In this document: piece after piece, positions 49,152 to 55,905 of the stretch
Layout: the number at the start of each line of letters is the position of its first letter
Numbering within the stretch: the stretch's first letter is position 1
Assembly (NCBI GenBank): GCA_009885745.1
Contig: VFKC01000017.1
Span: 1 to 55,905, forward strand
DNA: 55,905 nt
Direction: 5' to 3'
From: Actinomycetota bacterium
GTDB taxonomy: Bacteria > Actinomycetota > Actinomycetes > S36-B12 > UBA5976
Translations under genes and position numbers: made by a program
The notes under the pieces: generated by a model
What the model was told of the DNA's origin: nothing
Seen by the model: the letters and a program-made list of their open reading frames with translations, nothing else
Databases searched by the model: none

Positions 49152-50185
49152 TACTTTTGCCTGCCAATCAAACGTGCACGCCTAATATCAGTGCGTTGAT
49201 TTTCCGTTAAGTGACATCTTGAAGCGTGTTCTAGAGATATCAGCGAAAGTTGTGGTCGCTCATGTTCGCACAAATCATCACCGACTAACTGCTTGAAGGC
49301 ACAACGTGGGGCGAACACACAGCCCGATGGCAAATTAATAAGTGACGGTGGATTGCCAGGAATTGGATCTAAGTGGGCATTCTTTGCAGAAATCTGCGGG
49401 ATGGATGCAATCAAACCCCAGGTATATGGCATAGCTGGTTCATAAAAGATTTCACGCACTGGCGCATGCTCAACAGCGCTACCGCCGTACATGACCACTA
49501 CTTCATCAGCCATGTCCGCAACTACGCCTAGGTCATGAGTAATCAGAATGATTGCAGTGCCAAATTCCTTTTGCAAATCTTTGAGCAACTCAAGAATCTG
49601 CGCCTGGACGGTCACATCAAGTGCAGTCGTTGGTTCATCAGCAATCAACAACTCTGGATTATTAATCAGGGACATCCCAATCATTACCCTTTGGCGCATC
49701 CCACCCGAAAGTTGATGCGGATACTCGTTCATCCGTTGATCTACATCGGGAATACCAACGCGTTCAAGCATCGCTTTTACTCTGACCTGTGCCTGCTTCT
49801 TATCAATATCATGATGGACTTGCACAGCCTCGACGAGCTGGTCGCCGATTCGGAAAAACGGATGCAACGAACTCAATGGATCTTGGAAAATCATTGCCAT
49901 TCGATCGCCACGCAACTTACGCACGGATTCTGGATCTGCGCCAATCAGTTGTTGACCGTCGAAATAAACTTCACCAGAAACCTTGGCATTCATTCCTGCT
50001 ACCAGACCCATAAGCGCCATACTCGAAACACTTTTACCCGAACCGGATTCTCCTACGATTGCCAAAGTCTTGCCGCGCTTTAGATCATACGAAAGATCAT
50101 TTACTGCGCTAACGAGTCCATCATCTGTAGCAAATTCAACATAAAGATTTCTGACACTCAGTAACACTTCGTCAGTCTCGCTCAT
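49151..50185 (-). CDS. Oligopeptide ABC transporter ATP-binding subunit (OppD/DppD-like)
   Basis: GESGSGKS, LSGGMRQR, ADEPTTALD. Confidence 0.94.
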   Translation of the reverse strand: MSETDEVLLSVRNLYVEFATDDGLVSAVNDLSYDLKRGKTLAIVGESGSGKSVSSMALMGLVAGMNAKVSGEVYFDGQQLIGADPESVRKLRGDRMAMIFQDPLSSLHPFFRIGDQLVEAVQVHHDIDKKQAQVRVKAMLERVGIPDVDQRMNEYPHQLSGGMRQRVMIGMSLINNPELLIADEPTTALDVTVQAQILELLKDLQKEFGTAIILITHDLGVVADMADEVVVMYGGSAVEHAPVREIFYEPAMPYTWGLIASIPQISAKNAHLDPIPGNPPSLINLPSGCVFAPRCAFKQLVGDDLCEHERPQLSLISLEHASRCHLTENQRTDIRRARLIGRQK

Positions 50186-51171
50186 TGCAACCTCACCCTC
50201 GGGTCAATAGCTGCATATAGGAGGTCAACCACAATGTTGGCAACAATCACAAATGTCGCTGCTACTAAAGTCGTGGCTGTAATCGTTGGTAAGTCATACT
50301 CTGTGACCGCGCCGATAGCCAAGCGGCCTAACCCAGGTAGGCCAAAGATATATTCGGTAATTACTGCTCCACCTAATAGGCCTGCCAAATCAAGACCTGC
50401 ACTCGTGACAATCGGGGTTAACCCAGCGCGCAATGCATGTTTGCGCAAGACTATTTTTTCTGGAAGTCCCTTAGCGCGTGCTGTCCGGATGTAGTCCTCA
50501 CTCATAGTGTCGAGCATCTGCGAACGCGTTAGCCGAGTGTAATAAGCCGCATAAAGAATCGCTAAAGAGATCCATGGCAAGATCATGGTTTGCAGGAATT
50601 GCAAGGTGTCAACATTCGGTCCCACATAACTTGGGTAGGGCAAAATGTTCCATCTAACAACCACGAAAATCAACATCAATATGCCGATGAAGAAAACTGG
50701 TAACGAGTAGCCAACCAAAGTCACGCCCATGATTGCGCGATCTTGCCATTTACCCTTTTTGCGGGCGGCATAAATTCCAGTCGAAATACCGCCGACCATC
50801 CAGAGCACGAATGCGCCAAGTGCTAAGTAAATAGTTACTGGCAGCGACGTGACGATCATGTCGGTAACTTGCTCACCATTTCGGAATGAATATCCAAGAC
50901 AAGGTGCGTCGCAATTAAAAGTCGCCGTCCCCGAACCGTATGTGCGACCTGCGAATATGCCCTTAATCCACTCAAGATACTGAGTTATTAAAGGTTGATC
51001 TAAACCAAGTCGAATCCGGTTTGCCTCAATAGTCGCAGGCGAACAAGTCTTGCCACAGGTTAGTCGCGCTGGATCAGTTGGTACCGCATTAAAAAGTAAG
51101 AACGTAACAATACTCAGGATGGTCAACATAAATACCATCAACATGATTCGTCTGACTATGTAGGGAAACAA
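50182..51171 (-). CDS. Oligopeptide ABC transporter permease (OppB/DppB-like)
   Basis: EDYIRTARAKGL loop, DLLYAAIDPRVR; TTG start after AGGAAAGG. Confidence 0.93.
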   Translation of the reverse strand: MFPYIVRRIMLMVFMLTILSIVTFLLFNAVPTDPARLTCGKTCSPATIEANRIRLGLDQPLITQYLEWIKGIFAGRTYGSGTATFNCDAPCLGYSFRNGEQVTDMIVTSLPVTIYLALGAFVLWMVGGISTGIYAARKKGKWQDRAIMGVTLVGYSLPVFFIGILMLIFVVVRWNILPYPSYVGPNVDTLQFLQTMILPWISLAILYAAYYTRLTRSQMLDTMSEDYIRTARAKGLPEKIVLRKHALRAGLTPIVTSAGLDLAGLLGGAVITEYIFGLPGLGRLAIGAVTEYDLPTITATTLVAATFVIVANIVVDLLYAAIDPRVRLQ

Positions 51172-51226
51172 GATAGGCCTTTCCTACAAGTTATAAATCT
51201 CGAAATAAAACTTCAATTGCCTAACC

Positions 51227-51281
51227 CTAAGTCAAAGTGTGTGGACGCTCGCATTGAACGCCCACACACTCATTGACTTAG
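51227..51281 (-). terminator. Intercistronic stem-loop after the binding-protein gene (stabiliser or partial terminator)
   Basis: Minus-strand stem agtgtgtgggcgttc/gagcgtccacacact (G-U pairs work only on this strand), extended by ctaagtcaa/ttgacttag. Confidence 0.7.
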
Positions 51282-51284
51282 TTC

Positions 51285-52997
51285 TTACTGAGATACAGAA
51301 AGAGCGCCGTATGGGTACGAACCGTATGGTCCCCAAATGTATGCACCTTGGACCATTGATCCTTGGATGCGTTGCTCTTTACCGAACCGAGTTGGGATTA
51401 CCAGTGCGAGTTCGGCAGCCTTAACGTTAAGGGCTTGCCATGCTGCAGCTTGCTCAACACGATCAGCGATTGCCTTTGCCGCATCTGACTCAGCAGTGAA
51501 TGCCTTGTCATCAAACTGCGACAAATTGAATCCGCCACCAGGAGTGAACAACTCAGGCAACACTGTTGATGCGTTTGACCAGTCAGGTCCCCATCCACCT
51601 GCAGACAGTGATCCCTGCTTGGCTGGATCGAGAACTACACCGTAGTAAGCGCCAACTTCAATTGGATTTGGCTTAACCACGATGCCAGCGCGGGCCATTG
51701 CAGCCACAATTGCTGATGCAGACTTGTCTGCTGTTGGGCTCTGACCATAGTCAAACACGATTGGGTTCGGGAACTTTTCGCCAGATTCAGCAATAAGTTT
51801 CTTAGCCAATGCCACATTTCCAGTGTCTGGAATTGCTTCGCCTAGCAAACCATCCCATAGGCCAGTTGCGGCATAATCTTGGCCGATGTTTGGCTTAACA
51901 ACACCATCAGCATCATCACCGGCGTACTTACCACCGGCAATTTTGCGAAGATCAGCACGATTTAGCGCAGCCAGCATTGCCTGGCGGTGCTTCACATTCG
52001 GAACCTTCTTGGTGTTGATCGCGATGTAACGAACATACGGATCGTAATCATTCAAGCGACGATTAGTGTATTTAGCATCACCAAAGATGACTGCTAACTG
52101 AGTTGGGTCGACACCATCAGGCGAGATCGCCATTGCATCTTTGCCAGAATCCTTCATCAAGCGTTGAGTCAAAAGTGGCTGAGCGATTGAGAATACATAC
52201 TCGATTGAATCCGGGAATGCCGGACGAATTGGATCTGTGTCTTTTGACCACTGATCGTTGCGCACAAGAACTAGCTTGCTATTCTTCACATAAGAGGCAA
52301 TCTTGTATGGACCATTGGACAATACCGAATCGTCATACCTTTCGCCTGTATCAGCGTCTTTACGCACTGGCGCAAATGCACTCAAAGTAACCGCATAGTT
52401 GAAGTCAGCCGTTGGCGCACCTAAGTTAAAAGTGAGCTTATTTCCATCACAGACAACTGCCTTGTCGAATAAGGTTTGCTGTGCGGCTGAGGCCTTGTAT
52501 GGTCCTGGGTACTCCGAGACACCATCTGCCTTTGGAATATCCAAAAGTGAGATTGCGTAAGTTGGGCCATCTGTGATGACATCAGTTGCAAAGGTACGCG
52601 AGACCCCATACGCCACATCAGCACAAGTAACTGGCTTACCATCTTCCCACTTCACTCCGTCGCGAAGTGTGAATTCCCAAGTCTTACCGCCATCGCTAGC
52701 GGTACCGGTATCTGTTGCAAGGTCAGCCTGAATTTGGCTAGCTGCATTATTGTCCTTAGTCATTGCGTATTGAGTTAGGGTGCGGTTTAGGAAACCACTA
52801 GCGAATGCTAGATCTTCACCCGTGTAGTTGCGCTGTGGGTCTAAGTGCAAAATCTGCTCAGCCGCAGTAAGGATGTACAGGGTTCCGCCTGCGGTACCGC
52901 TTTGTGAATTATTGTCACTCTTGCTTGAGCAAGCTGACAAAAGCAGTGCCACAGACGCCACACCTACGCCGAAGCGAATGTTGGTCGTCTTATTCAT
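51285..52997 (-). CDS. Oligopeptide-binding lipoprotein (family 5 SBP, BldKB-like)
   Basis: Lipobox LSAC, HLDPQR.Y, GKTWEFTLRDGVKWEDG, GPYKI, WGPDW. Confidence 0.92.
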   Translation of the reverse strand: MNKTTNIRFGVGVASVALLLSACSSKSDNNSQSGTAGGTLYILTAAEQILHLDPQRNYTGEDLAFASGFLNRTLTQYAMTKDNNAASQIQADLATDTGTASDGGKTWEFTLRDGVKWEDGKPVTCADVAYGVSRTFATDVITDGPTYAISLLDIPKADGVSEYPGPYKASAAQQTLFDKAVVCDGNKLTFNLGAPTADFNYAVTLSAFAPVRKDADTGERYDDSVLSNGPYKIASYVKNSKLVLVRNDQWSKDTDPIRPAFPDSIEYVFSIAQPLLTQRLMKDSGKDAMAISPDGVDPTQLAVIFGDAKYTNRRLNDYDPYVRYIAINTKKVPNVKHRQAMLAALNRADLRKIAGGKYAGDDADGVVKPNIGQDYAATGLWDGLLGEAIPDTGNVALAKKLIAESGEKFPNPIVFDYGQSPTADKSASAIVAAMARAGIVVKPNPIEVGAYYGVVLDPAKQGSLSAGGWGPDWSNASTVLPELFTPGGGFNLSQFDDKAFTAESDAAKAIADRVEQAAAWQALNVKAAELALVIPTRFGKEQRIQGSMVQGAYIWGPYGSYPYGALSVSQ

Positions 52998-53087
52998 AAC
53001 TTGGCCTCCAAGGTTTTCGATTTCTCGAACTAGTTTGGTTTGGGTCTTTACTATTCTGATTTCCCAGTTATCTGCGAAATCAGAAAT

Positions 53088-54071
53088 CTACATGCGCCCT
53101 GCTTTCGGGTCTAACGCATCACGAAGCGCATCACCTAGCAGGTTGAACGACAATACCGCGGCTAGCAGCATTGTTAAGGGAACAAAGAAATAGAAGGGAT
53201 CGACACTGAAGTAACTAACTGACTCTTGCAACATAGAGCCCCAAGTTGCAGTTGGCGGTAGTACTGAAATTCCCAGGAATGCCAGCGTTGCTTCGGCGCC
53301 AATCAACCCTGGCAGTGCGATGGTCGTGTAAATCAGAATTGGCCCCCACAGGTTTGGCAGAAGTTCCTTAAACAAAATTCGTCGGTTACTCGAACCGATA
53401 GAAATTGCCGCCTCAACAAATTCACGTTCGCGCAAAGAGAGAACTTGGCCTCTGATTAGGCGGGCTAGATAGGGCCAACCAAAAACGCTCAGCACCAGAA
53501 TTAAGGTTACAATTCTGGATGAATTTCCTTCCGGTATTCCAAAACTGGCAATGCGTTGTTCGAGCACTGGTGACATCGCAATAATCACCAGCAATAAAGG
53601 GAAGGCCAGTGTTATGTCCATGACTCTGCTTAAGAAAGTATCAAGTCGACCGCGCGAATTACCGGCGAGGATTCCAATAACCACTCCAGTAACTACTGTG
53701 ATTGCGGTGGCCGTGACAGCAATAAATAAGGAGATACGCGATCCATATAAAAGGCGAGCCAAGATGTCACGTCCTGTTAGTGGCTCAATCCCAAGAGGGT
53801 GAGCTAATGAAACTCCCCCGAACCTACCGCTTGGCAATCCGCCGTCATCGCTAAGCAAAGCGGAATTGAATTCATAAGGATCAATCTTTAATACGTTACA
53901 AATAAGTGGGGCGAAAATTGCGATAAATGCGATGAAGATTAAAATCGCCATACAAACTTTGGCGACCCTGTCCCGGCGCAAACGTAACCAAGCAATTTGA
54001 GTTAGTGTCCGGCCAACGGTCACAGTCACAGACTGAGGAACCTCTAGAACATCATTGTTCTTGCGTGCCAT
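53088..54071 (-). CDS. Oligopeptide ABC transporter permease (OppC/DppC-like)
   Basis: HPLGIEP..GRDILARL.YG.RISL, REFVEAA, FNLLGDALRDALDP. Confidence 0.93.
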   Translation of the reverse strand: MARKNNDVLEVPQSVTVTVGRTLTQIAWLRLRRDRVAKVCMAILIFIAFIAIFAPLICNVLKIDPYEFNSALLSDDGGLPSGRFGGVSLAHPLGIEPLTGRDILARLLYGSRISLFIAVTATAITVVTGVVIGILAGNSRGRLDTFLSRVMDITLAFPLLLVIIAMSPVLEQRIASFGIPEGNSSRIVTLILVLSVFGWPYLARLIRGQVLSLREREFVEAAISIGSSNRRILFKELLPNLWGPILIYTTIALPGLIGAEATLAFLGISVLPPTATWGSMLQESVSYFSVDPFYFFVPLTMLLAAVLSFNLLGDALRDALDPKAGRM

Positions 54072-54129
54072 AAATATGCGTGACCTTCACTAATCGGACT
54101 TGTCTTGAATACTAGATTAAAACTGCCGT

Positions 54130-54168
54130 ATTACACAGGGTTACTAGCCAATGTGACAAGTATGTTAC
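54130..54168. promoter_or_regulatory. GTnAC repeats (possible GlnR/MtrA-type site) upstream of the ABC operon
   Basis: Minus strand GTAAC-atactt-GTCAC-attggcta-GTAAC-cctgt-GTAAT. Confidence 0.3.
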
Positions 54169-54198
54169 TTATGCCAAATTCATGAGGTTGGCTTGTTA

Positions 54199-55905
54199 TC
54201 ATTCCGAATTGTTTTTTCCTATGTTTACCAGATCGTAACTACTGCCTAAACCTTGTTGGACATAGACATTTACCAATTTACTGCCACGAAATAACACAAT
54301 ACGGTCGGTTGCGTACGGCAGATAGACCGCTTTGGATTCAATCTCAATAGCAAGTTCAGAACTAAGTGAAGCCAAAGTTTCATAGTTCGCAATAACGCCG
54401 AGCTTGTCTAAAAGATCATTTAACTGTTCATCAGATAGTTGAGCAAGATTTCTATTTGCATAATCGGTTATGTTTCGCCCATCAACAACAGGACTCCAGA
54501 AGGCACTCGCGGAGAGGTAATCTGGCCCGATTTTTGTCATCATGATTCCGATATTGCGTTCTTTGATGTTTTCTGGTGAACCAATTCCTAAAGTGAAATA
54601 ATCTGCGAAATTTGTATACCGCACCGGATCAACGACAATCCCAATTCTGGCTAAACTTCGCTGGACTGATAAATATATGTTCCGACCGATCCCGAGATCA
54701 AGATAAGCCATACCAATTTCGAATCCATCCGGATACCCGCATTCGCTCAGTTTTTGCCGAGCCTTGATTAGATTTCCAGTACTCTCAGCGCCGGTTGGGA
54801 AGTTGTTTTGATTTGGAGCATATCCAGGTACCCCACGCGGGATTAATGAATGAGCAATACTCGAAACTAAATTCCCGCCTCGAGCCCGCTGGAGATCTTT
54901 TTTATTCAGTGCGAAAAAAATCGCTTCTCGACAGCGAACATTATCTAACGGTGTGACACTCGAGGAGAGCGCCAAAACATTAGTTGAATTGCTAGCCACC
55001 AAATCCACCTGCCTGGAATGATCCGGTGAACTTAACACCCAAGAGCTACTGGCTGCACCCAATCCCGAATTTAACTTCAGGTCAATTGCACCTTTAACTA
55101 ACGCATGATCCACAGAAGCATCCGTGCCATACAGACGCCAAGTCATCGCTTTAACTTTAGGGCTTCTAATTGGGTCGGTAACTTGTTGCCAGAAGGGATT
55201 GCGGACAAACTTTGCAATTTCCTTGGTCTTTTTCACCTGCAGCTTGAAAGGGCCATTAGATGCCGGATTTGCAGCGTAAGCTAATTTCTGTTGTCGCATT
55301 TCAATGTCTCTAGCACGTTGAATTGGTGCAAATTGACTTGAAGCTAGCACTCGATCAAAGTCTCCACATGACCTAGTTAGTTCAAAAACAATTTTGAATT
55401 TCCCGGAAGTGCTAATCGATTTAAGGTGTGGGTACTTCTTTTTGAAAGGTCCTTGGTAATCAGGTGTGCCATCACTGCAATTACTTAACAGACAAAGAAT
55501 GCTGTTTGAAACAGGGGCTTGCAAATAGCTGGCATACAGACGTTCAATTGAATACCGCACATCGCCAGCGGTGACGATAGTGCCGTCATCCCAGCGCACA
55601 TCTTCACGCAGATTAAAAGTCCACACTTTGGCATCCTGCGAAATATCTGGATAACCAGCGGCTAAATCTGGAACGACTTCAAGCCCAGCCTCACCTGGTG
55701 CACCCGTAAAGGACATTAAGTTACGTGAATAGGTTCGGTGAATGACCGCACACCACGAATCGAAACTTAGCCCAGGGTCAAGGGAGTCACAACGCTTTGA
55801 TGAACCTAATTTCAATTCGGCCATTTCATCCGCATCATTTCCGACCAGACCATAAAGTGCTGCGTTTAAACCACCTTCGACATTCTTTGAAGGTGAAGAC
55901 CCAGA
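54199..55905 (-). CDS. Second family 5 peptide-binding protein, 5' end beyond window
   Basis: DSLDPG, VVPDLA, WTFNLREDVRWDDG, NGPFK; frame stays open from 55824 to the window edge. Confidence 0.82.
   Translation of the reverse strand, partial: SGSSPSKNVEGGLNAALYGLVGNDADEMAELKLGSSKRCDSLDPGLSFDSWCAVIHRTYSRNLMSFTGAPGEAGLEVVPDLAAGYPDISQDAKVWTFNLREDVRWDDGTIVTAGDVRYSIERLYASYLQAPVSNSILCLLSNCSDGTPDYQGPFKKKYPHLKSISTSGKFKIVFELTRSCGDFDRVLASSQFAPIQRARDIEMRQQKLAYAANPASNGPFKLQVKKTKEIAKFVRNPFWQQVTDPIRSPKVKAMTWRLYGTDASVDHALVKGAIDLKLNSGLGAASSSWVLSSPDHSRQVDLVASNSTNVLALSSSVTPLDNVRCREAIFFALNKKDLQRARGGNLVSSIAHSLIPRGVPGYAPNQNNFPTGAESTGNLIKARQKLSECGYPDGFEIGMAYLDLGIGRNIYLSVQRSLARIGIVVDPVRYTNFADYFTLGIGSPENIKERNIGIMMTKIGPDYLSASAFWSPVVDGRNITDYANRNLAQLSDEQLNDLLDKLGVIANYETLASLSSELAIEIESKAVYLPYATDRIVLFRGSKLVNVYVQQGLGSSYDLVNIGKNNSE

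Noticed and set aside
452-53802. Numerous 60-180 aa alternative-frame or antisense ORFs in the track
   Set aside because: They lie within well-supported genes and show no recognisable motifs; treated as shadow ORFs

Overview
Core chromosomal segment of a low-GC, streamlined actinobacterium (inference: a freshwater Nanopelagicales-like lineage). Gene order follows the conserved actinobacterial backbone: initiator tRNA-Met, UPF0182, PDZ/Lon protease, zincin, M48, RRE/ThiF-like protein, ABC1 kinase, uvrD2, mrx1, nudC, adnAB, moeZ, DEAD-box helicase, citE-like lyase, MgtE-N/DUF1003/mrp, tatB-htrA, LOG, dapE/dapD/gltA/dapC/fdxA, VanW, mshB, S9 peptidase and a BldK-like peptide ABC transporter. I see no integrase, transposase, CRISPR array, prophage or defence system, and I cannot support a wholly new multi-gene system. 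The most interesting signals are non-coding. They include a DnaA-box cluster far from any dnaA gene next to a C-rich-loop hairpin (sRNA candidate), a probable AUC start for the DEAD-box helicase, PafBC-, SigH/SigR- and ClgR-type sites, many leaderless genes, a tRNA 3'-end copy with an inserted hairpin, and a triplicated stop-codon repeat. whiB7, the UvrD2 C-terminal tail and sigE-rseA are missing from their usual positions. Family assignments come from motifs and recalled synteny, not database searches; several starts were moved from the ORF track on promoter/SD evidence.
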